Part shown: positions 1 through 11,229 of the stretch, in pieces
Position numbering within the stretch: position 1 is the stretch's first letter
Layout: every line of letters starts with the position of its first letter
DNA from: Octopus sinensis
Taxonomy: Eukaryota
Direction: 5' to 3'
Length of the DNA stretch: 64,000 nt
NCBI RefSeq assembly: GCF_006345805.1
Contig: NC_042997.1
Coordinates: 78,368,001-78,432,000 of the forward strand
Notes under the pieces: model-generated
What the model was told of the DNA's origin: nothing
The model's database searches: none
Seen by the model: only the letters and a program-made list of their open reading frames with translations
Made by a program: the position numbers and the translations under genes

Positions 1-53
1 TATCGGACCGATTTCAGGGCTAGCTTATAACAGCCCTCCCTTCGTCAGTGATA
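1..53 (-). ncRNA. Hammerhead motif in the inverted copy, cut off by the window edge at the predicted cleavage nucleotide
   Basis: Minus strand reads TATCA-CTGACGA(48->42)-AGGG..CCCT-GAAA-TCGGTCCGA-TA. The 3' strand of stem I lies outside the window. Confidence 0.6.
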
Positions 54-413
54 CATGTGGCAAAAGAAATAAATGAGATACTATTAATGGTTAATGGACA
101 ATATGTCCAATTTTTCGGCATATTTGGCATTGAAAATTTTTTCGTTTGCCCTTATTTATGAATTGTTTATTTTTTTAATATGCTGGCCATTGATAAAATT
201 TTTTTGGGAAAAGAATTTTTATCGAAAAAATATAGGCGTTCACTTCCGGACTCTTTCACTCTGTGAGAGCATCAGTTCAAATCGCACGTGTCCCGAATGG
301 GCTGGAGTATTTCTATTTTGGATGTATCTGGGGTACTTAATTGTGCTCATGACTTAGTATTTGCTTCTTCCATGGGTATGAGTAAGTATCTCATTTATTT
401 CTTTTGCCACATG

Positions 414-471
414 TGTCACTGACGAAGGGAGGGCTGTTATAAGCTAACCCTGAAATCGGTCCGATATGGTA
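414..471 (+). ncRNA. Type I hammerhead ribozyme motif, 454-bp family copy 1
   Basis: TGTCA(414-418)-CTGACGA(419-425)-AGGG..CCCT stem II-GAAA(452-455)-palindromic TCGGTCCGA stem III-TA(465-466)-TGGTA. Stem I is 5 bp with two G-U pairs. Confidence 0.75.
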
Positions 472-867
472 ATAATGGAATTTTAAAGAAATTTCTGTCG
501 CGACCTTTTTTCGAGTAGCGTGCGGATTGTAAAAAAATTAATGGTTAATGGATAATATGTACAATTTTTCGGCATATTTGGCATTGAAAATTTTTTCGTT
601 TGCCCTTATTTATGAATTGTTTATTTTTTTAATATGCTGGCCATTGATAAAATTTTTTTGGGAAAAGAATTTTTATCGAAAAAATATAGGCGTTCACTTC
701 CGGACTCTTTCACTCTGTGAGAGCATCAGTTCAAATCGCACGTGTCCCGAATGGGCTGGAGTATTTCTATTTTGGATGTATCTGGGGTACTTAATTGTGC
801 TCATGACTTAGTATTTGCTTCTTCCATGGGTATGAGTAAGTATCTCATTTATTTCTTTTGCCACATG

Positions 868-925
868 TGTCACTGACGAAGGGAGGGCTGTTATAAGCTA
901 ACCCTGAAATCGGTCCGATATGGTA
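868..925 (+). ncRNA. Type I hammerhead ribozyme motif, 454-bp family copy 2
   Basis: Same motif as 414-471 shifted by 454 bp (CTGACGA at 873-879). Confidence 0.75.
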
Positions 926-1098
926 ATAATGGAATTTTAAAGAAATTTCTGTCGCGACCTTTTTTCGAGTAGCGTGCGGATTGTAAAAAAATTAATGGTT
1001 AATGGATAATATGTACAATTTTTCGGCATATTTGGCATTGAAAATTTTTTCGTTTGCCCTTATTTATGAATTATATATATATATATATATATATATAT

Positions 1099-2810
1099 TC
1101 GTATGGAGGTTTGTATGCATGTGTTTACTAGTATGTTTTTGTGTTTGTGCATGAATACATTTTATGTTTTATGTCTATATGTGTATATACATGTATATGA
1201 ATGTGTGTATGCATATGTATATGTGTATGTGTATGAATTCAAGTATATGTATGTATATATATATAGTCTTATATGAATACGTACTCCTTTATTTTAATTG
1301 AATCTTCTCTTACACTTAAACCCTTGTATGTGCATGTATGCATGTGCGTGTTGTGTATGCGTGTGACTGTATATCCTCGCGTGTTGTGTATCTGCGTCTT
1401 TTCACTTGTCAATTTCTAATAATTTTCTCCTTCATATATTCGTTTTTGCTCCTATTTTTTCTGGTTGTCTCCCCTGCCCCGGGCTAGTTTTCGAGTAAGG
1501 TAACTATCTTGAATACACCGACCGGTTCTGTCTATGATTGATGCTTTTTCTTTGTTCAGTTGTCTTTGGGTTTTTTCTACTTGTATGTAAATTTTTACTT
1601 AAATATTGTAACTGTTGCGTTATATTCTATTATACACATGTGACCTTGTTTACATTATACTTCGTCTCGACCTTCGATTTAAGGTTTTTCCTCGATTTTT
1701 TATAATATGATGAATTTATATTGAATTCATTTATTTTGTTTATTTTGTTTATCGCATGCTTAAGACCGTTATTTGAAAGGACCAATGAAACAAATCCATA
1801 TTTAATGGTGTATCATCCTTTAACTAGTTTTGATCATATCGTTATTTCTGTTCTATTTTAACAAAAGTGTCCGACGAACGGGAATGTGAAACTCAGAGTA
1901 ACAGCTTTTATTATATTTCTGCTGCTTTTAAATAAAGTATATATTATATATATATCGTATGGAGGTTTGTATGCATGTGTTTACTAGTATGTTTTTGTGT
2001 TTGTGCATGAATACATTTTATGTTTTATGTCTATATGTGTATATACATGTATATGAATGTGTGTATGCATATGTATATGTGTATGTGTATGAATTCAAGT
2101 ATATGTATGTATATATATATAGTCTTATATGAATACGTACTCCTTTATTTTAATTGAATCTTCTCTTACACTTAAACCCTTGTATGTGCATGTATGCATG
2201 TGCGTGTTGTGTATGCGTGTGACTGTATATCCTCGCGTGTTGTGTATCTGCGTCTTTTCACTTGTCAATTTCTAATAATTTTCTCCTTCATATATTCGTT
2301 TTTGCTCCTATTTTTTCTGGTTGTCTCCCCTGCCCCGGGCTAGTTTTCGAGTAAGGTAACTATCTTGAATACACCGACCGGTTCTGTCTATGATTGATGC
2401 TTTTTCTTTGTTCAGTTGTCTTTGGGTTTTTTCTACTTGTATGTAAATTTTTACTTAAATATTGTAACTGTTGCGTTATATTCTATTATACACATGTGAC
2501 CTTGTTTACATTATACTTCGTCTCGACCTTCGATTTAAGGTTTTTCCTCGATTTTTTATAATATGATGAATTTATATTGAATTCATTTATTTTGTTTATT
2601 TTGTTTATCGCATGCTTAAGACCGTTATTTGAAAGGACCAATGAAACAAATCCATATTTAATGGTGTATCATCCTTTAACTAGTTTTGATCATATCGTTA
2701 TTTCTGTTCTATTTTAACAAAAGTGTCCGACGAACGGGAATGTGAAACTCAGAGTAACAGCTTTTATTATATTTCTGCTGCTTTTAAATAAAGTATATAT
2801 ATATATATAT
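1099..2810 (+). repeat. 856-bp tandem duplication (1099-1954, 1955-2810) of a Penelope pLTR-like unit
   Basis: Two essentially identical copies separated by a short (TA)n. Each ends with a hammerhead-like motif followed by AATAAAG. Confidence 0.85.
1863..1909 (+). ncRNA. Minimal type I hammerhead-like motif with U4C core (second copy about 2719-2765)
   Basis: CCGACGA(1871-1877)-ACG-GGAA-TGT-GAAA(1888-1891)-CTCAGAG palindrome-TA-ACAGCTTTT. Stem I is imperfect. Confidence 0.55.
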
Positions 2811-2859
2811 AATGTATTGGATGAATACACGCACATGTATGACTAGTACAGATTAGCGA

Positions 2860-3490
2860 GTGGAGAAAACTGGTAACTGCAAACAAGGGTGTGAATACAT
2901 ATAAGCATGTAAAAACAAATGTATAATTGAGCAAATAAGCAGATTGGTGAAAGACTAAATTGGTATGCAGGTGCATACGGCTTTTTCTGCAACGTGGAAA
3001 CGAAATCTTCCAGGTTATCTCCATCTCTTCAGTGTTATGCAGGGATGAACAGACAAGACTTGGATAATGGATGTGCCCCTTGGCTTCTTCAGAGGATATA
3101 TAGTGCTGAATGTATATGTAATCCAACGTGAAATTTTTTTAAACGGATATAACTTTTAATGTATAAATTAATATTTTACAAATTATTTACCTAGGGTATT
3201 TTGACTCTGTCCTTTAGAAGCTATTTTTGATTTAAGGTTTCTTTCGATTTATAATAAGATGATTTTATACCGAATTTTGTTCATCGCATGCAACCGGTCA
3301 TTGTAAAAACCGTTAGTTGAAAGAACGAATGAAACAAAACCATTTTCAAATGTGTATCCATTAAACTAATTGAATATGCTTTCTTATAACTCTATTTTTG
3401 TTCCATTTTAAACAAAACTGTCCGACAAACGGGAACGTGAAACTTTGAGTAATAGTTTTTGTGATATTTTTGCTGCTTTTTAATAAAGCA
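2860..3490 (+). mobile_element. Older Penelope-like 3' end: possible decayed GIY-YIG remnant followed by a pLTR related to the 856-bp unit, with a degenerate hammerhead at 3414-3459
   Basis: About 3200-3490 aligns by eye with about 1640-1935. Motif AAAACTGT-CCGACAA-ACG GGAA CGT-GAAA-CTTTGAG-TA-ATAGTTTT has an 8-bp stem I. The upstream frameshifted peptide KGV.YI*ACKNKCIIEQISRLVKD is only weakly GIY-YIG-like. Confidence 0.5.
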
Positions 3491-3544
3491 TATTACTCTG
3501 CCTCTGCTATTCGAGTACTATTTTTTTCCACCTTGTTTCGTATT

Positions 3545-3678
3545 TATGCGCTTGCTCTGGTATATATATACGTATATGTATATATATATGTAATGTGTGT
3601 AGGTATATGTATACATATATTTATATATATATGTATGTATATATATTTATATGTATGTATATATATGTATATATATAC

Positions 3679-3752
<74 letters not shown>

Positions 3753-3790
3753 CATATATATAGAGAGGGAGAGACATAGATAGATAGATA
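3545..3790. repeat. (TA)n/(TATG)n/(GATA)n microsatellite
   Basis: Read directly from the sequence. Confidence 0.95.
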
Positions 3791-3794
3791 GATA

Positions 3795-4510
3795 AAACAT
3801 ACTTGAAAGAGGATGCGTGGTGTTCAATCATGTAATAATGTAAATAATATATATATGCATATATATATACATATACATACGTATATGTACATACTTACAT
3901 CTAAACGTATATATATATATATGCATATGTGGACATAGCGCATCAGGAAACGTGGACAACAAAAAGTATGAAGCACGAGTTCATGGAACATGAACTATTC
4001 TTTCGAACAACGAAAGACACAAATGGAAAACAAAACAAACAACATAAAAAACAACCCTTCATCAGTTGTTGGTTGTTTCTCTAGTCTCGTATTTCGATCA
4101 TTTAGCAAAGCAAATTGAGGATTTTGCGGAGGGTCAAAATATGTAAAACAAATAGGACAGTGTAAACAAACAGGAAGGGCTACTAAGCCTAAACGAGGTT
4201 GTAGTGGCGAACGCGTAAATCAATCTAGGACAGGAGACAAGCAAGAACACGTCTTCCTTGTTCCGGGTACAACGGAGAGGAGGAAAGAAAGATGGCCGAT
4301 GGTCACGTGGGAGCCACGTGAGCAACGGAGGAGGAGTGAGAGAGAGAGAGAGAGTGACAGAGTAATAGGAGAGAATAGTGGAAGAAGAGAAAGTAAAAGA
4401 ATAAGAGAGAGAAAGAGAGAAAATGGAAGGGTAAAAAGATCGTAAAGAGGGCGCATCAGAATTAAGATAAAATTTCTTGGAAGAGAATGCGTGGAGTTCA
4501 ATCATATAAT
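3795..4510 (-). mobile_element. Unclassified element with an approximately 55-bp terminal direct repeat (period 674 bp), flanked by microsatellites
   Basis: aagaggatgcgtggtgttcaatcatgtaataatgtaaataat (~3807-3848) matches aagagaatgcgtggagttcaatcatataataatataaataat (~4481-4522). A minus-strand CTGATGA (4065->4059) and GAAA (4004->4001) are present but pair poorly. Confidence 0.5.
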
Positions 4511-4532
4511 AATATAAATAATATATATATAA

Positions 4533-4592
<60 letters not shown>

Positions 4593-4656
4593 TATTATAT
4601 ATATAATATATATATAATATATATATATATATAAATATATATATATATGTGTGTAT

Positions 4657-4700
<44 letters not shown>

Positions 4701-4854
4701 TATATATAATATAAATATATATATATATAAATATAAATATATATTATATATATATATATATATTATATATATATAAATATATATATAAATATAAATATAT
4801 ATATAATATAAATATATATAATAATATAAATATATATATATAAATATAAATATA

Positions 4855-4908
<54 letters not shown>

Positions 4909-5030
4909 AATATGTACATATGTATACATGCATATATATATATATATTATTTATATTATTATTATTATTATATATATATACACGAATATATATATATGTA
5001 TATATGTATATATATGTATATATAGATATA
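4505..5030. repeat. Long (TA)n-type low-complexity tract
   Basis: About 400 bp that is almost entirely A/T, followed by degenerate (TA/TG)n. Confidence 0.95.
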
Positions 5031-5179
5031 GGCTCTATGGTAAGTAGCTTGCTTACTGCTTACCTGCTTCTAGGTTCAGTCTCACTCCGTAGCACCTTGG
5101 GCAAATGTCTTCTACTGTAGCCTGGGGCCGACTAAAGCCTTGCGTGTGGATTTGGTAAACGGAAACTGAAAGTAGCCTT

Positions 5180-5181
<2 letters not shown>
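5028..5181 (+). mobile_element. tRNA-derived SINE family A, 5' half
   Basis: ggttcagtctcact..caccttgggcaaatgtcttctact..ggaaactgaaag is shared with 5575-5742(-), 29235-29383 and 35944-36100. Confidence 0.8.
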
Positions 5182-5214
<33 letters not shown>

Positions 5215-5227
5215 GTGTGTGTGTATG

Positions 5228-5268
<41 letters not shown>

Positions 5269-5285
5269 TATATATACTCTCACTC

Positions 5286-5488
5286 TTTACTCTTTTACTC
5301 GTTTCAGTCATTTGACTGCGGCCATGCTGGAGCACCGCCTTTAGTCGAGCAAATCGACCCCAGGACTTATTCTTTGTAACCCTAGTACTTATTCTACTGG
5401 TCCCTATTGCCGAACTGCTAAGTTACGGGGACGTAAACATACCAGCATCGGTTGTCAAGCGATGTTGGGGGAACAAACACAGACACAC

Positions 5489-5574
<86 letters not shown>

Positions 5575-5742
5575 CATCCGACGGGCTTCTTTCAGTTTCC
5601 GTCTACCAAATCCACTCACAAGGCTTTGGTTGGCCAGGGGATATAGTAGAAGACATTTGCCCAAATTGTCACGCAGTGGGACTGAACCAATCCGGACCAT
5701 GTGGCTAATAAGCAAGCTACTCACCACACAGCCACTCCTGCG
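5286..5742 (-). mobile_element. SINE family A, full-length copy with internal (CA)n(TA)n
   Basis: Head 5742->5575, microsatellite, then tail 5490->5286. The layout matches 35944-36335. Confidence 0.8.
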
Positions 5743-5744
5743 CC

Positions 5745-5808
<64 letters not shown>

Positions 5809-5814
5809 TATATA

Positions 5815-6920
5815 AACTTAGATATGTTTCGACCAAAGATTGGTCCAGGCCATGTCTAACTTAATAGCACCACCTGATAGGATTATTCGTATCCTGTTTA
5901 AGTCAGGTTTTGTTTATGGTCCTTTCAAGTAGTGAGTTTTTGTTGGAATCTTTGAAGGAATCTTTGAAGGAATCTATCCAGACTCCGTTTAAAATTGATG
6001 GGATCCTTTTCCTCTTTGATCTCTTTTGGGACAATGTTAAATAGGGCAGGGCCTGTTGAGGAAAAGAAATTATGTTGCAGTGTACATGTATGCTGTGATC
6101 TTGAATTGGGCAGGGGACGTATGGCCCGTGGTCCTAGTCTTGGATGAACCTTGAAGCTAATGTTCAGTTCGTTTGGGCAAAGTTGGCGGTATATTCTCCA
6201 CATCGTACAAATGATGTACCGCTCACGGCAACGCTGGAGAGAGTAAAGTTTCAAGGCTTTAAGGCGATCCCAATAATCGAGAGCAGCCATGCCTTCAATT
6301 CGTTTAGTGAGTGCCCTCTGGGGTGATTCAGTCCTCGAGATGTTTTGTCTTGTATGGGGAGACCACAGTGGGCAGCAGTATTCGAGGTGTGGCCGAACAA
6401 AGAAGGAGAAAAGTGGTATGATGACACCTTGTTCTCTGGACCGGAAAGTTCTTAAGATCCAGGAACTCATCCTACGAGCTATATCGACCTTCTTGTTGAT
6501 GTGTGCACTCCAACTGAGATCGTCATCAACAATTACACCCAGGTCTCTGATATTGTTAGAGGCTGTGAGCGGTTCCCCTGAAGGAAGAGAGTATGGCTGT
6601 TTTAGTGAGGAATTTCTTCCAAAATGCATCAGCTCAAATTTTCCCTCGTTCAGTTGCATTTTGTTTCTGTATGCCCATTGACTCACCGCATATAGATCAG
6701 ACTGGAGTTGAGTTTGGTCTGCTTCTTCATTGACGATTTGCTGGAGCTTAGTGTCATCAGCAAATATTTTCACTTTGCAGCAATGTACGACACTGGAAAG
6801 GTCGTTTATGTAAATTATGAAGAGTAGCTGACCCAAGACAGTCCCCTGGGGGACACCGATGGTGACTTTTGCTGGGCTTGAGTGGACTCCATCAACTACA
6901 ACATGTTGTGTTCATATATG
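5815..6920 (-). mobile_element. 5'-truncated CR1/L2-group LINE (RT C-terminal half plus 3' UTR)
   Basis: ORF 5925-6836: GVPQGTVLGQLLFIIYINDL, FADDTKL, RDLGVIVD, VRPHLEYCCPLWSP. Confidence 0.9.
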
Positions 6921-7139
6921 TCTGCATTAAGTATGAATATATCTGTTGTAATTTCTTAACATTGGTTGAGGAACTGTAACATTCAATATAGAACATTATT
7001 ATGTTTATTGATATATATATTGATTTATATTATTTATATTATTATGTATGTGTATATGTGTATATATATAAGGATATGAGTATATATGCACTCATATTTA
7101 TATTTATATGTAAATGATTTTTGGCTATGTACTCATACT

Positions 7140-7271
7140 TACATTAGAATCTCCGAAGAGGCCGTAAGATATTCTTGTTAATGTCTCATTTATACCTGCA
7201 ATATATGGCTAATATAGGTTAAATGATACATACCTATCTGCATGGCCGAAACAGCTGTCAGTTATAATGTA
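7140..7271 (+). ncRNA. Type I hammerhead-like motif with U4C core and an 80-nt insertion in stem II, inside a solo pLTR-like segment (~6990-7390)
   Basis: TACATTAGAATCT-CCGAAGA(7153-7159)-GGCC..GGCC-GAAA(7248-7251)-CAGCTG palindrome-TC(7258-7259)-AGTTATAATGTA. Stem I is about 12 bp and imperfect. AATAAAG follows near 7380. Confidence 0.6.
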
Positions 7272-7450
7272 TATGTATTTTTATATCTTGTTATATTTAT
7301 GTAGTTATATCTCATTATATTGATTGTAATTATTGTACTGTATTAATGTCTAATCTTAATGCTCTTGTGTAGTGTTTTAATAAAGTATATGATTCGGTAT
7401 TATCTGTTAGTTGATGAATGATTTAGATATATTTCTCCATTTTCTCATTT

Positions 7451-7494
<44 letters not shown>

Positions 7495-7615
7495 TAGTAA
7501 TGGTGAGTCAACCAAAGTATGAAAGAGACCTCGATATTATGTAAATAGAGGAATTTATCTGTAATATAATATTATTCGGTTGTCGTAATAAAACTCCGAG
7601 GCAATCATATATATA

Positions 7616-8965
7616 TCACCTTGATCACCTTGACCAACCAGTCTGTCAAGCGTCCATTTTACACCGCTGGTCACAGCACGCTGTCCACTCCTCTATGGAT
7701 CGCGCCTTTCTCATCCACGTGATCCCAATCGTCCTCCTGAAATCGTAACTCCACCGTCGTGGAGGCCTTCTGGGTGGTCATTTCCGCTCGCGCGGGTACC
7801 ACTCGACAACTGCGCGGATCCACCCATTATCGGTGAGCCGGGCGACGTGTCCAGCTCATCTAAACTTGCTGCGTGTATACTCTGCGATGACATCCCTCAC
7901 GCCGGACTTCTTTCTGATAATCTCACTACTGATGTGCTCTCTCAACGAGATACCAAGCATTGACCTTTCCATGGCTCTTTGAGCCATTACCAGTCTCTGC
8001 TCTTCTCTCTTTGTAGTAGCCCATGTTTCACTACCATATAACATTGCAGGTAGAACTGTACTGTTGATGAGGTTGGCGCGGGTGGTCCTGTCCAACTTTC
8101 CCTTGAGCACATTCCTTATGCCATTAAACGCCTTCCATCCGGCCCTTACTCTCTGTGAGATCTCCTTTTCGATATCTCGGCACATATTCACTTTGAGGCA
8201 TACCGGATGGAGAAGCTCTTGAAGGTCACAGAGGAAAAGAAGAACTACCGACCCATATGCCTGCTGTCTCACGTGTACAAGCTGCTTACAAAGATAATGC
8301 TGAACAGGTTATCACGTCATCTCGACGAACAACCGAGGGAACAAGCCGGCTTCCGGAAGAACTACAGCACGATGGGCCATATATTTACTCTAACACAACT
8401 GCTTGAGCGAGCGAATGAGTACAAGCTGCCTCTTTGCGTTGCGTTTGTAGACTATGAGAAGGCCTTCGATAGCGTCGAAACCAACGCAGTGCTGAACTCG
8501 CTGCAGAGGCAAGGAGTCGAGGCGCAATATGTGCAACTGCTCAGGAAGGCAAATTCCGGATGCACCACCGACATAGCTCTACTGTCATCACCCGTACGTG
8601 TGCCGGTCGAGAAGGGAGTAAAGCAAGGAGATACGATCTCCCCAAAACTTTTCACCGCATGTCTCGAACAGATCATTAGAGGCATCGAATGGCAAGGCGG
8701 TGTCAACATCAATGGCGAGCTCCTCACCCACCACCGTTTCGCTGATGGCATCGTACTCATCGCTGAAACCACGGATCAGCTTCAGACCATGCTGACGGAT
8801 CTTGACATCAAAAGCTCTGCAGTAGGTCTCAAGATGCACCGCATGAAAACGCAGTTCATGCGGTCAGACAACGTACCAACAGGTCGAATGGTGATCAGCA
8901 GTGATGAAATAGAGGAGGTAAAGGAATATGTCTACCTGGGACAGGAAGTGAATATGTGCCGAGAT

Positions 8966-8968
<3 letters not shown>
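7616..8968. mobile_element. RTE-clade LINE with inverted 5' portion: 3' half on minus (8188->7616), RT core on plus (~8205-8968)
   Basis: Plus: NYRPICLLS, EQAGFR, FVDYEKAFDSV, GVKQGDTISPKLF, RFADGIVL, YVYLG. Minus: LPAMLYGSETW, RWAGHVAR, with a (tcaaggtga)2 3' tail. Confidence 0.9.
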
Positions 8969-9043
<75 letters not shown>

Positions 9044-9047
<4 letters not shown>

Positions 9048-9638
9048 TAATTAAGGGTTCAGCAACGATTTGCCTCGCCACACAGCGAATTTAGAAATAG
9101 CAGTCAAAAAGTTTTGGCTATTCTTTCTACTTAAAAGGGAGATCCCAGTTAAAAACCAAAGCACTTAAAAAACAAACGACTCAGGTGAAAGAGAAAGAAA
9201 TGACGAAAATCATTCTATATTAAGTTACCTACGGACGCACGTTTCGGAATTAAGTCATTGCAGAGCATAAAAATTAAATAATTATGTCTTACCTGATTAT
9301 AATTATTTAATTTTTATGCTCTGCAATTACTTAATTCCGAAACGTGCGTCCGTAGGTAACTTAATATAGAATGATTTTCGTCATTTCTTTCTCTTTTACC
9401 TGCGTCGTTTGTTTTTTAAGTGCTTTGGTTTTACTGGGATCTCCCTTTTAAGTAGAAAGAATAGCCAAAACTTTTTGACTGGTATTTCTAAATCCAGTGT
9501 GTGGTGAGGCAAATCGTTGCTGAACCCTTAATTACTTAGTATTACTTAAACCTTCCTTGAATGGGTCTTTTACATGCCGAACTCTGCTTGGTGAAATTAA
9601 TGATTATTTCTAAATTAATTAATTTCACCCTTTATTAT

Positions 9639-9640
<2 letters not shown>
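9044..9640. mobile_element. Fold-back element: about 242-bp inverted arms (9044-9285 / 9299-9538) plus a single 100-bp tail (9539-9640); Penelope pLTR-like
   Basis: The arms are reverse complements with several mismatches. The right arm carries CCGAAACGTGCGTC, the 3' half of a hammerhead. The tail belongs to the same family as 41935-42035 and 46363-46460. Confidence 0.85.
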
Positions 9641-9683
<43 letters not shown>

Positions 9684-9765
9684 CATACATACATACATGC
9701 ATACATACATATATAAATATATATATATATATACACATACATACATACATACATACATACACACA

Positions 9766-9801
<36 letters not shown>

Positions 9802-9862
9802 TGTATGTATGTATGTATGCATGTATGTACGTATGTACATATATATATGTATTTTAACACAT

Positions 9863-9974
9863 AAATACTGAACAGTATTAAGGATAAAATCCTTTTTAAG
9901 AGCAGAAAAGTTTGCCGGCAAATTTCTCTGCTCTTAAAAAGAATTTTATCCTTTATATATACAGTTCAGTGTTT
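9863..9974. repeat. About 110-bp imperfect palindrome (MITE-like hairpin)
   Basis: aggataaaatcctttttaagagcaga / tctgctcttaaaaagaattttatcct around the centre tttgccggcaaa. Confidence 0.75.
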
Positions 9975-10200
9975 ACGTTTTGAAAACCAAATATATCTTT
10001 CTACTTGTTCTACAAAACATTTCAACGCTTCAAAAACAAACGTATGCTTCTTTACATATGATATAACACACACACACACACATATACCATTATTAATAAT
10101 AACAATTATTATTATTATATGACAAGAAAAGAATGAATGAGACCTCGGTATTATGTAAAATAGGGGAATTTATCAATAAATATATCTGACAATTAGTGTA

Positions 10201-10248
<48 letters not shown>

Positions 10249-10363
10249 AATACCAGCATATATATGCATGTGTATATATATATATGTATATACATATATA
10301 TATAGACACACACACACACATACATACATATATATATATATGTATATATATATATATTATATA

Positions 10364-10396
<33 letters not shown>

Positions 10397-10620
10397 ATAG
10401 CAACGATATTTTCGGCGTCAAATTGATAAGTCAAACATGACATTTGTTACATTTGAACAACGAATCGAGTGTAAAGCAGCTAAATCCGAAGTCTTAAATC
10501 TAACATTATTGCTTGTATTAATAAGTTGCTGTTTAAGGAGCGGAGCTAACAGAAATATCAACAAACAGGATAACATTTTTCGTTGTTATGGAGGGATTTA
10601 CACAGACAGACAGACAGACG

Positions 10621-10652
<32 letters not shown>

Positions 10653-11045
10653 AACATGTATGTATACATTTATTGTTATGATCGACTAATATTGCTGGAA
10701 CTACAAGCATAGAGCTATAGAGAAACCGACTCCACATATAGCGAGAGGATTGTTTTGATTACTGTATATTTACAATAATGAAGCGAATGAGAAAAGAAAT
10801 GAAATGTTTTGGCGAGAGAGGGGTGAGAGAGAGGAAGAGGGAGATGGCGAAGTAGAGGGAGAGAGTGAAGAGAGAAGAGAGAGGAAGGGAGAAAAGAAAG
10901 GAGAATTGTCAAAAGGGGAGAAATAAAGAGGGAAAATAAATGACAAAATATTTACAAAACGCTTTGTTTCTGTTCCCGATAACCCGCACCTTTATCCTCC
11001 TCTCTGTATCACCCATGTCCAGCAACTCCTCCTCCACCCCAACTT

Positions 11046-11083
<38 letters not shown>

Positions 11084-11191
11084 TGACAGTTGGTTTTTTG
11101 CTAATGAAATAGCCAACCGGCAAGTCTTTCTTTAATTCTTTAAATTTCTCACTTTTCCTTTTCTCTCTCTCCCTCTTTCTTTCTTTCTCTG

Positions 11192-11229
<38 letters not shown>

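Larger units (their letters stand above)
1..1072 (+). repeat. 454-bp tandem repeat (83-536, 537-990, partial 991-1072) preceded by an inverted partial copy (1-82); hammerhead-bearing retrozyme or Penelope pLTR-like array
   Basis: Near-identical units 454 bp apart. Bases 1-82 are the reverse complement of 385-466 with 2 differences. The array ends in (TA)n at 1073. Confidence 0.9.

Noticed and set aside
94-811. Duplicated 87-aa hydrophobic ORFs
   Set aside because: They simply follow the 454-bp repeat, show no recognisable domain, and an AT-rich sequence readily gives Phe/Ile/Leu-rich ORFs.
3461-5815. Many YI/HT/CV-rich ORFs here and throughout the window
   Set aside because: They are translations of (TA)n, (CA)n and (TATG)n microsatellites.
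5815-5880. GACCAA-TCT-TTGGTC-GAAA hairpin on minus at the LINE 3' end
   Set aside because: There is no CTGANGA upstream. It is more likely the LINE 3' recognition stem-loop than a hammerhead.
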